A stretch of DNA of 64,000 bases from Ramazzottius varieornatus (lineage: Eukaryota; Animalia; Tardigrada), in NCBI GenBank assembly GCA_001949185.1, contig BDGG01000014.1:589378-653377 (forward strand), given 5' to 3'. Below are positions 1-13,600 of the stretch, piece after piece; within the stretch, counting starts at the first letter, position 1; the number at the start of each line of letters is the position of its first letter. Below the pieces are notes generated by a model, which saw nothing but the letters and a program-made list of their open reading frames with translations, ran no database searches and was not told where the DNA came from. The position numbers were made by a program, and so were the translations under genes.

Positions 1-1149
1 TCCTTTAATACTGCCTCCGGGTTCGACTCGATTATCTGACAAGCGGCCTTGACTGGGTTCGCTGGCAGCCAGCAGCCTTCGTTGGCGCCGAAGGTGGTAG
101 GTACTGGCTAGTTGGACGGTACCAGATTATAGCACCCTTTCGCCGTTTCGCGAGCCCTCCAGGTGGCTGATCATAATGGTATCCCGTGACCTTTAGCGGA
201 GCACACAGGTTAAAAGTCCTCGTCCGAGCCGCAAAGCCCAGAGCCGAATTACAGTAATCGACTGCTACCAATTGGACTATTGGAGCGAAGCCCTCACGAA
301 TATTCACCATCGGCGCGGGAAGCTGTACTTGTGAGGTCGCCTTCTTCCGTTGACGCCACCGTAACCGTTTACTTCATGTTTTTCGCTGTTGATGTCTGCA
401 ATTGCAGACAGGACTGTGTGCCAAAATCTTGAACCAATGTACAAGTTGAGCGCCCATCCTTGCATACGCCTTCCGGTGTCTATCTTTTCAACCTTCTCAC
501 GGCCCAACGTTATCGTAACATGCGCGTTTGAACCACTGCTCCTTATTATTTACTCTTCCTGGATCTTCGGATATCGAGCATGCTTATTTCGACAACACAT
601 TAGCTGGGTCATTTTTGATGCCGTCAACATTGCTCTGCTTGATTGCTCTGAATCGACTAAACCCAGCCTAACACCGCCCCGAACGTTTGCTACCGTCGCA
701 GCACGAAATTCTGAAGCGGAGAGGAATGGTCAAGTTCCGCCAAAGGCAAGAGAGGTACCAACGGGCGAAAGGAAAGACCGTGCCAGCCAGCCCTCTACAA
801 ACTTGGGGTTTTTCGACTTCTCACCAGCGCTGTCAACCTTGTCCTGACAGCCAAAAACTGGTCACCCAACATAAGCATCGCTACGTGGAAGTTCGGATAA
901 TGATCCAGCCATTAGTTTTAGCCCCACTGCCCACCATGGCGTCTTACCATAATGGTACTGTGGCTGTAGCACTTTGAACGCCTGCTTTTATCAGCGGAGA
1001 ATTGTTCTACCATTCGGATGAGCGTTCTTTCTCTGTTCAATACTTGTTTAATTTTTCCACTGTAATACTCGTTTGTCCTCTCGACATCGGCGAGACTGTT
1101 GAATGGATAGTCCAAGGCTAATAAATTCCTTCCTGTCTACTAGTGGGTA

Positions 1150-4100
1150 CTACTCAATTACTTGAGGAGGTACATTCTTCACTTTGTCGTTGAGGTCGCT
1201 GACCATTTCCTCCAGGTCGGATATCCGACGCTGTAGCTCTTGGATGTTTGTCGCATCGGTATGGTTGTCATTTCGACGTAGTCTTCGGCGGAGGGGTGAG
1301 GCAGAGACTGGATCTGGCGACTGCATCCAGCGATTCAAGTAGCAGTCTGAAGTATCGAACACACATTAAGATTACACGGGACCTTCAAAATAGGGCCTGA
1401 GTTTCAAGCATTAAATACTGTACCTTCACAGCACTCTGCCCAGGGTGACAAGTCAATGGCCGGCACATCTTCGCACCACGAGTATCCACCCTGCTGCCCA
1501 GCCAAGAGGAAAATGTCTTTCTGTACCTTGTCGATGGTGTCCGTATTCTCACACAACACTCTGGCCAAGGAGGCTTTCTTGACTTCCGCCAGTTGTTCTG
1601 TGGAAAACTCTCCATGCTTTTCATACCAAAACCTGAAAAGTCTCACATTAGTTTCCATCAAATCGAGGCATCTCCATTTCAACCAATGTTTTTTTACCTG
1701 TCTCCACTGCGTAGATTCTTAAACTGTTCAGTCAGCAGACACATGAAGGTCGCTCCCACTTTGGCTCCGGGCAGCGGCCTCTCGCTCATGGCTGCAGCGA
1801 AGAGGTCCACGTTCCCCACATGACCATACACCTCTTCCAGTCGCTGCAGCTGTTCCCTTTCAATCTCGTTACTCAAGGCCGCAAAGTCCTTCGGTAGCGC
1901 CAAGTTGCACTTGCGCCGGAAGTCGACGTACGGCGGCAGACCGTGATCCCTTCCTCGTTGGATATTCAAGGCTCCCAGATCCAGCGGTAACCTGTGTGTC
2001 CTGGTCGACTGGCCGAAGAGCTTTTCCGTCAGCTCACTGTTCATCAACTCCGTCTTCCTCAATAACTTGGCCGGGGTGGCGAACAAACCCCGTAAAATGG
2101 GGTCGACACCGCCCTGATCGAATATCCGCTGTGGAGCGAAGAAAGCTTCGCCCAGACTCAGATCGCCTTCAGGAATGCTTTCAAAAGACGAGTTAAGCCG
2201 GCGTAAAACGGGGAAGATGAGACTATGGCCGATGCGTAAGGCTGCTGTAGCGAAACTGTTGATGATGGTAGCGTCGGCGTTCTCATCGTAGCCTTGATAA
2301 TTTCCCAGAAGCTGCATACCACTCGGTCCGAGTATTTTAGGTAGCCAATGTGCGTAAGTGATATGCTGAACTTGGGCGGCGACGATCTTCCTGGTTTCTT
2401 GGAAGACTTTGTCGGCTTTCCAGTGAGGGTTTAAATCGCCCAGCGTTTCGGCGATGCGATTGTGCTCGCGGAACCAGACAATGTGCATGGATAAGAGACC
2501 CAGTTGTTCATTGACTCGGACTTCACCGGCTGTGAAACAAGGGAAGTTGCGTTCATCGTTGCGAACACGCTTGCAGTCAATCTCTTCGGGGGACGACTCA
2601 ATGTCGTTGTAGGGCAGCAGTGGGAGGTCAGAGCCGGGGACGGGCAGGCTGGAGCGGAAGAGGCCCCGCGTGTTGTGGTCGCGAATAAAGTCGGCCATCT
2701 CTTCGGTACTGCCGTAAATCATGGAAGCGTCGATGTAGCTGGTGAGGGTGTTGATCTGCTCACGGGGCATCAGTTGGTTGAAGAGCATGGAGGTGGCGCC
2801 GGAGCCGCAGACCGGCCGGCTGCGGATGAATTCCATACACGTCTCGTTGGACAGGCGGCTGTCGTTGGCCGGAATCTCGATGGGGAAACAGGGTGGCTGC
2901 GTTGTACAGGAGCTGTCGTAGGATAACAGGCGTATAATAATATGTAGCTGTGGCAATTGTGATTAGTCATGTGTACACTGAGCTTATTTGAATGAAAAAG
3001 ACGAAACAGGCCCAACGATGAACAAAGTCATTTGCGCGAACCTTTTACAGTTGGCATGGGCGATGAAAACTTCGTGACTTGGTTCCATCAGAGTAAAGCC
3101 TTCAAAAGTAAATTTATTACTTGGGCCAATTTTCAAATTTGGAACTGGAAGAATGGGAGGCGTTCTTACTCAAGTCGTGATCGAGGAACTGTCCCCACTG
3201 CATAAGCATATGGGAATGGCGAGTGTCCGCTGTAACTGAACCCGTCGTCAGTACTTTCGTCGACACAAGCCGCGCACTGGGCAGAGCAAAGCGGTTGGGG
3301 CGTTTTTCCTTGTCGAAACTGATGGGCTGCTGCAGTCCGTCGTCGTACTGAGCAGGTAGAAATCTTCGTAGTGGAGTGTAGGATGCCCCTCGCATGGGTT
3401 CCTTCAAGTTGTTACAAGTCCCGTCAAAGGTTCGGTACTTTTTGTGGTAACAACCGGAGCAGTCCGACGAGTTGAGCACTTTGCGATGAGGACGACAACC
3501 GGACAGCTCGGCCATAAGGAGAATTTGCTCATACGGATATGACTCGTTGTAAGTGAAAGCTGAGGGCAAATAAACTTAAATACTACCAACAAGGCAGGGA
3601 ATGATCAGTTCTTACCGGTCAAGTTTGGGAAGAACATTCCTCGTTGAACTTTCTCGTCCATCAGCCGCAGAGAGGCCTCAAAGGCTGGTCGTGCTTCGTC
3701 CAGTGCTTGCAGCTGGGCGCGCGTCAAATTCTTTTGGCGAGGGCCGTTGACTCGTTGGTATGTTCCGGGACTGAGACTTCTGAAGTCTCCACCATTTGAA
3801 CCGAAGATGGAAGCCGATTCGGCAGAGGGATTGGACGAGCGAGGAACGGAGCTACCACCAGCGTCGCCACCATCCGGTATATTCATCACGTCTGCAATTC
3901 ACAAGGAGGAAAGATCGTAGAAGATAAAAAATCTTCATCTCAAAAATTTCGGCTTATTCGATTAAACTTGATGACGTTTCACTAACACCAGTACAGGCAC
4001 GAAGGGCAAGTTTGGAGCAGTAAACAGTTCGGATCACGCCATTGCGAAACAGCGGAACGGAAGTAAAGTACGTACGTACTTGTGCAATTTACAATTCTAC

Positions 4101-6583
4101 TCCAATGCACTTTTGGCCATTTTGTATGGTTGAATTTAGAGTTGGCCGTGTTTTCCGTCTCATCTAAATTTTTTAGTGCTCCGAACCTTTTCTGCTCTAA
4201 ACTTGCCCTTCGTGCGTGTAGCTGTATAAAGAGAGTAATACTAGGTGTAAACTTAAACCGGCATTTAAAACCTGACACTATGTTCTTTACCGTCAAAGAC
4301 GGTCAGGGTGGCGCTAGCCGATGCCGTTCCTGCCGAGTTCTGCGCGCTACACTTGTATGTTCCCTGGTCTTCCCGAGTGACATTGAGAAAGATGAGCTCG
4401 GTTCCGTCTCGGGAGATATCGTGGACAAAGTCCGTCGGGGTTGGTAAGCCATTTTGTGTCCAAGTCAAGCTGGGTGCTGGGTAGCCGTCAGCTCGACAGC
4501 GGATGGTCATTCTTCCACCGACATAGGCGTTGGAATTTTTCGGCTTTTCGATGATGACTGGCCGCACTGAAAAACAAAATTAATACCTATATTAAATGAG
4601 GATTTGCTGCAGTAAACTGCTGTGGGAAATTGTACCTCGAACTCGAACACGTGCGAAGGCACGGACTGTTCCGTGATGATTTTGCGCCACGCATTCGTAC
4701 GCTCCGTTGTGACTCTGATCTGGCTTGTCAATTTGCAGACTTTTGGCATCAGAAATCTTGAATCCGTTCTTATCGGTAGTAACGGCTTTCCCGTCCTTGA
4801 GCCATGAAATTTCAGGCTGTGGGAAACCGAGAACCTCACAGGATATTTCGATGGATTCTCCGTCGCGGACATCAAAATCAGTTGGCAGCGTTTGAAACTC
4901 TGGCTTGCCTGTTAATATCCATGCTACTAAACTATATCCATACATCTAAACTGAAGCGAAACGGGTAAAAATTTACGTGGTCTTCCGTCGATGTTTCCTG
5001 AGATACGCTGTAGAAATATCGGCGGTACATGCTGACGCTTGCTACGGACCGAAATGCGGCGACCCATCACTTCGCCAACTGGGCTTTGGGCCATACACTG
5101 GTAGGTGCCGTCAGCGCTGTCATCAGACAAGTCCACCTGCAGCATGCCATCGCCCGTCAGCCGATGATGATGGTGCTGGTGGTGCGGAAGAATCTCTTGA
5201 CTGGAAAGAAGAGCAGATCCAAGTTTGGTTTGTCGGCTCTTTTACCGTGCTCTCTTCTTAAAAGAACTTACTCGTTGTGCATCCAGTGGATGACAGGGTG
5301 CGGATGGCCGACTGCGCGACATTCCAGCTGCAACGACTGTCCAATATCGGCCTCAACGTCGGTCGGCTCCTGTACTATTCTAGGCGCTTCTAATAATAGA
5401 CAAAAAGGTTATCGATCACCCGGCTGACTTTTCTCGGCATTTGCCTCCAGGGATGACATGCGGTCAGTTCTTTAATCATTGTGGGCTTACCGCAACGGAG
5501 GGTGTCGGTGTTGAGGGAAATAAGAGCTTTCCCCCATAGTTCATCAGGACTGGCACACGTTGCGCCGGTTGTGTCACCCAGTGTTCGGAGTGAGTTGGCC
5601 AGCCATAAGGTCTCGCAGTCACAATGAAACGGGTTCTGATCCACCCGTCTAAAAGATACGCTTCGTCTGGAGACGTCAAGCAATAGACGACATTCTTTCA
5701 GGATGAAGTCTTACACTTTGGTCAGCCGGCTGTTTCGTACAAATAAGTCTCGTGGTAATTTCTTGATTTCATTTTGGTACAGGAACACTTTTTCCAAATG
5801 GTGCAGCGGAGCAAAAGTCGAATGATGGAGGCTCTGGATTCCATTGGCTTCAAGGTGCCTAAATCAACAACAACAACAAAAACAGAACGAATATTTTAGT
5901 TTTTCGGGAGCCCAAGATACAGTAGTACTGTACTGAGGGCATAGACACTTACACTGACTGCAGATTCCGCAGTCCGCGGAAAGCATGAGGCGAGATCTGC
6001 CTCAGTCCGTTCGAATTGAGCCACCTACATACACAAAGTATCAATATATCCAGATAAAGGATGAAACACTGAGGAAAGTGTCACCCTACTTACAGATCTT
6101 TCAGGTCGTGCAGAGTGACGAACGCGTCGTCTTGTAGGGACTGTATTACATTGTTGCTCAGTATTCTGCAAAAAGTTTCGTGGAGAACTGGCTAAGTGCT
6201 CAAGCAGGAAAGATCGACATTACCCAAATTTGAGCCAAGTGATACTTACAAAACTTCTAAGGAACGATGGCTGGCTGTAAAAGACCGCTTGTGAATTTTT
6301 CGTATCTTGTTGTACCGCAGATCTCTGCAAGCAAGCTCGAAGATGGAAACAGGGTCAATTGAAACTTCGTGACCGCCACTTACAGTTGAGTTACGTTGGT
6401 CGGGAGTTTCTTTGGAATGTCCGTCAGGTCGGCAAAGAGACAGCGCACTGTGATCGCTGAGCACGAACAAATGGACGGCAGACCCAAGGAGGCATCGCAT
6501 GGCGCGCTTGAGGATGCGATATCAGCCCAAAGAAAAGAAGGTAACAATGTGAGAAACACCGGAAAGGCAAGGCGAAAGTCCAT
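1150..6583 (-). CDS. Pxn: Peroxidasin (signal peptide, LRRs, 3 Ig domains, animal heme peroxidase domain, C-terminal coiled coil); multi-exon
   Basis: Signal peptide MDFRLAFPVFLTLL; LRRNT CSCSAITVRC; LRRCT NPFHCDC; three Ig repeats (YQCMAQ, YECVAQ, YKCSAQ); peroxidase motifs YRTFDGTCNN, MQWGQFLDHD, RVNEQ, LRIGHS, NIQRGRDHGLP, LRSGDRFWYE. The exact 3' end is uncertain. Confidence 0.93.
3994..4218. mobile_element. MITE-like element in a peroxidasin intron
   Basis: ~45-bp imperfect inverted repeats (CAGGCACGAAGGGCAAGTTTGGAGCAG... / ...CTGCTCTAAACTTGCCCTTCGTGCGTG) flanked by TA on both sides; the internal core recurs at 38.7 and 54.5 kb. Confidence 0.75.
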
Positions 6584-7505
6584 TCTTATACTATCATGGA
6601 CAGATGCTGGTCAGAATCGTGTGGTTTGAAAATCTGAATATTCCACAAGTACAAACCCTAGAGGATGATATCAAAACCGCAGGCGAGAACTGCGTATGAT
6701 GGGCAACTATACTTTGCTTTCTCTTACTGCGCTGTCATCTCGGAATGTCCGTGGACGATAGAGCTTGTTATGAAACAGCTGATCGCGGTTCTTGGGTCTT
6801 CGTTTCTTCACGCAGCTAGTAAAGACTTGCTGGCTATTGTTGATGAAGCTGAAAAGTATAGTTTTGCCTTCGGGTCTTACTGTGTGTCAAATGGAGTTAA
6901 TGATTGACGGGAAAGATTTAATTTGTACGCCGTGAAGATTTTTGATGAAGCATTGTGTTAGCGTCAGCAAAGCTGAGAAAAGCCACAACAAAACCATGTT
7001 AAGCTGAGAACAGATGCAGATTATAACCAAAAAGAGTCTTTAATCACTGCACGCAGTACGCCGGCAAATTATGGAGAATCAGAAAAAGTCAAAAAACACA
7101 AAACCGAAGCAATCCGGCGTGGTACATTCAGGACATTGTATGATACTGGCCCGTTACTTCCTAGGGGCGTGCTTTCTAATCGACCAGGCAACTTACACTG
7201 ACTTTGACATTTTTATCTCGATTCTAGCCGAAAGCCGCCCCGTCAAGCGGATCAAAATTTCCCTACGGCATCCTCATACAAGGCGAGCCTCTTGTACAAC
7301 TTCCAACCCATTACGCACTCACTCGGAAATTTTTAATTTGTTCTTATCGTCTTTTCAGGCCACTGGTTGTCGAAAGACAAACTTTGAAAGATGAAATGTG
7401 GGTTGGGATAACAAGAGAGACCGTATCAACTGAAGAGTCTGAAAGGAGCCTTGAGCATTATTGTTTCATCGATAAACGATCGGCAGGTATCAGAGGGGAT
7501 AGGCT

Positions 7506-7976
7506 TTATGCGCAACACCATTTCTTGCAGTTTTCGGGGTTCTTCTTCAGCATCGTACCCATACCACGCGCACAGGTGTCGGAGGTGCAACCTCCCTTGC
7601 CGCGGCAGCCGACACAGTCCTGGTTCATGCGCTTGTCAACGTTGCATCTTCCGCCCATCCCGCGCATGCTGGAGCCGGATCCCATGGCGCCCATGCCCAT
7701 GCCGTTGCGGTCACGGTCCGTGCCTCGCATGCCGTTGTTGTTACCCATCATGTCGCGATCTCGGTTGCCCATGCTGCTGCTTCCGCTGCCCATCATATTT
7801 CGATCGCGGTTGCTCATGCTGCTGCCGCTATTCATCATGCCGCTGTTGCGATCGCGGTTCATCATGGAGCCCGAGGAGCCACGGTTACGATCGTCGTTGT
7901 CAAAGTCAAAGGCAGCCTGGATGGTGGCGACCAGCCCGACGAGGACGAAGACAGCGAGAATGCACTTGGAGGCCAT
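7506..7976 (-). CDS. Small secreted protein: NRDR/MMGSGSS low-complexity repeats plus C-terminal 8-Cys domain (156 aa, single exon)
   Basis: ATG at 7976, signal peptide MASKCILAVFVLVGLVATIQAA, repeated NRDRN..MM..GSSM units, C-terminal RCNVD...CKKWCCA; TATAAA about 90 bp upstream. Confidence 0.85.
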   Translation of the reverse strand: MASKCILAVFVLVGLVATIQAAFDFDNDDRNRGSSGSMMNRDRNSGMMNSGSSMSNRDRNMMGSGSSSMGNRDRDMMGNNNGMRGTDRDRNGMGMGAMGSGSSMRGMGGRCNVDKRMNQDCVGCRGKGGCTSDTCARGMGTMLKKNPENCKKWCCA

Positions 7977-8063
7977 TTTGATGCAGAGTATCGAAAGACG
8001 AACTTGAGAATAGATGAAGAAAGGATGAAGGTTGCGATGAATATGTAAGTGGAGTGTGCAGTA

Positions 8064-8069
8064 TTTATA
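8064..8069 (-). promoter_or_regulatory. Candidate TATA box of the small secreted protein gene
   Basis: GTATAAATAC on the minus strand about 90 nt upstream of the ATG. Confidence 0.5.
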
Positions 8070-9066
8070 CTGCTTTTTAGACCTGACCGGGAATGCATGG
8101 CTTGAGGGTATTTTTCTGTGGAAAAGAACTTGAACAAGTGGCAAATACTTCCTGCCAGGAAAATGACAACCAGAACGCGTGTATACTGGGAATAATGAGC
8201 GACATAACAACGGCCAGTCATATTGGAGCAATAACTCTTGCAAAAATTGCACACGGTGGTCCGAGAGAGGAACCCGATTGGCTGGTTGAGTGGGTAAGGA
8301 AACGGGCTTATTTCGGTTCCATGGCCAGGTATAGCCGATCATTCATCTTGTTGCATCACGGTAGGTACTTTGTACCATGGCATCGATATCTCAATGTCAG
8401 AACGTTGCATTCTGCGCCAAATTCACAAACCCGGCGGATGAATTGTTCAGCCAGTGTACAGTACAGTAATACTGGGTGTGGGGGGAGGGATCAAGAATCG
8501 AAAGCAGCTCGAGCTGTTCGCACTTTCCCGCTGTTAGCACTTTCTGCGGCTACTGGATGTAGACAGTGAACTTGTGGGCGAGTTGGCGATCCCTGAGTTG
8601 ATTGAGTAATCAACAGCAGCCGGTAGGTGGCGTACTCTTTTCCGCTGACTCCAGTGTGTGCACTGTTGTCGGCTAGGTCGCCACTTTGAACAAATTCTTT
8701 CCGTGGTAGCTTATCGAAGTGCTTTTGTTACACACGAAAACGCGGTCTCAGCATGCCGAAAAATTCATCAGACTGTGTTTAGCGTCAGGTCAATATTATG
8801 TTGAGGCTGTGATAGGCTGTGTACGTTTACATGCAAAGCATGTTGTTGCTCTTGCAAAGCACAAAGCACAGTCTGCGAGCTAGCCTGAAGAACGATAACA
8901 GGCTAAGGGTTCTGCTTGATTCAGCGTCATTGATCTCACCACTCCGTAAAGCTACGTCGCTCAAGAATTCATCGATTCTTTATGAAGGGGATACTCTGCA
9001 CGTGCGATGCTATGGAGTAACTTCATTATTGTGCAAGACGAGAGAATCTGCTGCTGACCGCTGATC

Positions 9067-10671
9067 ATGCCTTCAGGCTTGATGCAACAAGACTTTATCC
9101 CAGAATGCACGGAGCCTGGATCGTTCGGGTATAACCCCTCCTTCGAACGCCTCAACGCTGTCGTCGCCAAAGCCAACTTTTTCCTCGCGCATAATCCCGG
9201 TGTTGCCATTGTCTCCTGCGAGACTATCCGGCATCGGGTAGAGAAGGACGGGCAACTAAAAAAGCCGTCCAACCTATCCTTCACGCAATATGGCAGCGAG
9301 ATCACAGGCTGCTATGTCGACGGTCTACGCATGTGGCTGACTCCTCCTGATACTAGAGAGAAAAGCACAGCGAAGGAAGGGAACGCTATCCAGATTGAAT
9401 ACTTCCACGTGCTGCCGCAATGCGGAAAAGAGTCAGCTGTGCAAGACACCATGAATACGCTGACGACGAAGCTGAGTAACCAGTTGAGTAGTCGTCAGTT
9501 GCAAGGACGTCTGCTGGCAGTGGAGGCTATCGATGTCCGTGGTGTGAAGCAGCCGGAGTTGTTGGATGCGGAAGCGGCAACATTGACTGCAGCGGAAAAT
9601 CCACACAGTAATTCCGTCATGACTTTTCTCCGAGTTTGGTGGCAACGTGAGCAGGGGAGTTCTGGCAGCAGATTTTCGGTCGGTATGGCCACCTTCGTGC
9701 CGGAACTAAATCTAGACACGCATGAAACTTTCATCGGTGGAAAGGAATACAAACATCTGAACAGAAGCAACGTGGAACAATACTCGAAAGTGATGGCATA
9801 CGTCAACAGTTGGGTGGGTGAAAAAACTCGACATGCCGGCAGATGAAACGTACAAGGTCGCTATCTTAACTGGCGCACTCTCCTAGGTAAAGAAGTTGCA
9901 AAACTGCGCCACTTGGCTAATAGAGTTTTCAAGTGGCGCACGCTTTCAGCTAATAACAACGCAAACTGCGCCACTTGAGTTAGTGATTTTTTACTTTTTG
10001 TTGGCCACAGCTTCAAATGATTTCAGCCTTTGTCTGTCTATACTTGTTCTCTCTGACAGCGGGAGCAAATGCCGCAGAATTCGCAAATTTTAAACATCAA
10101 AACGTATTCGACGAGGATCGAGAAAGACGGATCGTTCGACTGTCACTCCACCTACAAGAAAGTGTTCAGAGAACCCAAGTGGGGACATCGCCATCTTCGG
10201 TTTATCCGTATATTCTTCGTGACGCCCATCAGTGAGGAGGACCCGCCACCACCCTATCCTTTCGCCATTCCGCCCTTAACATACAAGGTCTTCCAACCCG
10301 AAGCTGTGAAAAAAAGCTTCTTCAGCGGGAAATCTCCTTTCGAGTCGAAAGCAATATTGCTGGAAAAACTGGACAGATGGATTAGGCTGACCGAAGCCAA
10401 GGTTATTTCGGTAGAAACAGTGGCATACAAAGCCTTCACGGGCGAAGAGACCGAATTTGGTACGGAGAATATGTGCACCAAGGACTCGTACCATCATGAG
10501 AAAAATCGAGGATATGTACCGGACGACGAGAAATACGTCATCGTATACCGGGTCTTCATGGAAGGTACCTATCCGGATCCGCCTGGCTTCGATACGCCGT
10601 CGGCTGTGGATGACTCGCAACATGCTGCAGAGGAAAAGCCCTCTGATTGCCCCTCTGCCAAATACATGTAG
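9067..10671 (+). CDS. Uncharacterised ~452-aa protein with four internal repeats; 2 exons (9067-9813, 10060-10671)
   Basis: A phase-0 intron GTGGGT...CTGACAG joins the two long ORFs; recurring pattern FxP..(F)E...v..aN.W/F....I(v/l)s.ET. Confidence 0.75.
9868..9976. repeat. Tandem pair of AAGTGGCGCA-N26/27-TGCGCCACTT inverted-motif units (intronic)
   Basis: Units at 9868-9914 and 9931-9976; same family at 30023, 30956, 32260 and 33515. Confidence 0.8.
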
Positions 10672-13600
10672 CTCTCCGTCGTACAACCGTTCTTCCAAGT
10701 TTGGAAGATTACCTTTTTTACGTTGTTTCTAAATTGTCTATGGGGTGGCAGGTTGCTATTCAAAGATGGTTGAAGAAGGGGAAGAAAACTAAAGGGTCCT
10801 GAACTTATGTTCCTCAGCTGATGAAATACTATGCGTACATACTACATCTGGTTCCGTGACGTTCTTTGAGACGGTCTACCTCGTGTTCTTGAAGCAATAT
10901 TCATGATGGGAAGGGATTTAGCTAAGAACTAACTTTCACCTATGCTTTTCGAACATTACCCATGGAAGTTGGCATTGACTAGGCCTGCAAACTCGAGATA
11001 ATATTCATTTCATGCTGGTCATGCTATCTCGTGGCTCATGCAATATACTGTAAGTACAGAAAACATTTTACACACAGTAGATTAAACTGCCTGGCTTTTA
11101 CTACCAAGAAAACTTTTCGCATCCCTTACACTGAAGATTATCGTATTTCGACTGACCAAGACATCTTTTCGTTTCCAGAGAGACCGTAACGCAAATTCCC
11201 CAAACGGTGCTCGTCTCTGTGAATAACTACAGCAGAACAGTAATTCCACAGTGGGATACGAGTTACTCCAACCCGAAGGTATTCAGGGTGTTAATCTGCG
11301 AGATAAACATGGCAAGCAGTCAGATGCAGGCGGTCAAAACAGTAAAGTTACCATCATCATCAGTGAAAGTCGCACAAACTGGAACTTACTGAAGGTGGTT
11401 GTTATTTACATTCGGCAGATTCAAATTACAAAGCACCACACAAAACTCGCGCTTACCGGTAGACTGAACAGACGTGAAAGAGGAAGAAACGTAAATTCAA
11501 AATTAGCTCGCACGATTCTGATTGCCGTATTGGGGGTGAAGATTTCTGTTGTGTTCTATCGCAGAGGTACCTCAAACAAACCGGAGACCATTATACGCCC
11601 GTCGTCGATCATTTCGGCCACCTTTTCTTTCGGTCTTTCCAATATGCGGAAACGCTTTCTTCATAGCACTTGACCTTGTTTTGTATCGACTTCTTGAACT
11701 GCGTGGTTAACATGCTATAATCTTTTCCCTTGAAGCCGTGCACGCGATACGTAAGTAGAGGATATCCATGTACACATCAGCCTCGTCGATCGCCAACCAG
11801 TGTTTCAAAACGTCACCCAGTGACTTACCTGGACCAGACCAAACTTAGTGACCGCCAGGCGAAGACTTGCGTTTCCATGCAGATTTGCTGAACAAAACTT
11901 TGATCGTTCGATTGCTGGGGTTCGTGGAAAACCATGAGTTTTACGGGCAAAACTTTCCCGTATCAGCCAGATTAATTACAGCCCACTCGCGAAACCACCG
12001 TCAACCCTGGAACAATTTTTGTACGATAGGTAAATATATGTCTTACTAAAAGAAAACCAAAAGAACAGTTATGAACCGCTGCGAAACGAGAAAGTAAAAA
12101 TAAACGAAAAATCAATAAAAATATTTTGCTTACAGGTACGTTCGTCGCTCACGGTTCCAGCGACAGAACGAACGCCCACAGAAGATAGATTTTTGCTGAT
12201 TTCAGATACTGTTAGTGACAGAATAGCAGTAGCGAAATATCTTTAAAACGTTTTTTCGCGCCGTAAATTAGGCTGGCGTGCGCCTACTTTCGGTTTGGCG
12301 AAAGCTCCCTGACTTCCGGGTTGCGAAGACACCGATGCTCTCCCCAAAGCACCCCACTTCGGCTAGAGTTTTACACGAGGTTTTCGAGAGCTGCTACTGT
12401 CTGGAAGTAACGTTTGGAAAAAAGGAAGACACTTCTGATTTTTCTATCCAAGTTCAAAATCGGTCGAACTTATAGGAATCACCCTGTAACTGACGGCGTG
12501 GCTAAAGTGGTGGCCAATATTGATTGTGTGGTGGCTAACGTCGTGGCTGACCTCGTCGCATCATAACACTTGGGCAGGGTAGCTTTCAGAGCGCCTGCGT
12601 CTCGCTCCATGCCGCCGCCCGTTGTTGCGTCTACTTGAAATTCAACGATGGTACAAGTTCAGCAACAGGATTACTGTCTTCACAGCCGGAACGGGACAAC
12701 TACAGTAAGAACACACTGAAACGAATGCCATCCGTATCTGCGGAAACAGCACAATCTTTTCTAAATGAGGCTTTCACAAAGGGAGGTAGAAAATATATTC
12801 TTGTTCAATCGTTCACCGAGCAGACGTTTTTCAGGAGATTGATCGTGGACATAAAGTACTCGTTCCTTCTATAACTGCTGCTTGGGATAATGTGAGGAAA
12901 GTAAATATGTCTATCGAATGATTTCCTGATGGTTTTGCCAGGAATATCCTGTCTGTTGCGACCTGGATCAGAATGTCATGGTTCACCATGTCGCTCATTC
13001 TAACAGAGATAATGCTAAGTATGTAAAGCGACCACCCTAACGATCGATAGATTTGGATCAACGAATAGCCCTACGATTGAACTACGAAGTGCAGCAGAAC
13101 ATTGTGCGATTTTGCTGGATTAGTTCCTGATGTTAGCTCGGACGAATTTTAGATGTGCTGTGGATGACACTGAACAGATCAGCACATATGACTTTCATGA
13201 AGTAAACTAGGCTTTTCCGTGACGCTGGCCGCGTTGGATCAATAGTCCTCCTCACGACGAGCTGTTTATGTCGTCAACGGTTGATTTAAAAGTTGAGTCT
13301 AATTGGCCAGACTACGATGCGACAGAAGACGGAATTTAGTCGTTAGTGAGGCAAAATTGCGAAAGTCTCGGAAACGGGAGCGGAAATGCGCGAGTTTTGC
13401 GGGGTAGGTTTGTAGGCAAACTTTGCCTCCTGACTAGGCTGAAATTCATGGTTTTCTCTCTGGCTAGTCCCTGTTTTCGATATCCCCGACGCAAATAGTT
13501 ATCAAGAAGCCCATACGTGAAACGGTATCTCGCAACGTCAAGCACTGTGCAGACAGAGATCAGCTGAGAAATGAAAATTTAAAATTTTGGGTCAAGTGTA

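Noticed and set aside
3982-4296. 104-aa ORF within peroxidasin
   Set aside because: Runs through an intronic MITE and has no protein-like features.
7384-8007. Long plus-strand Pro/Leu/Met-rich and Cys-rich ORFs
   Set aside because: Antisense shadows of the repetitive secreted protein, which has the signal peptide and TATA box.
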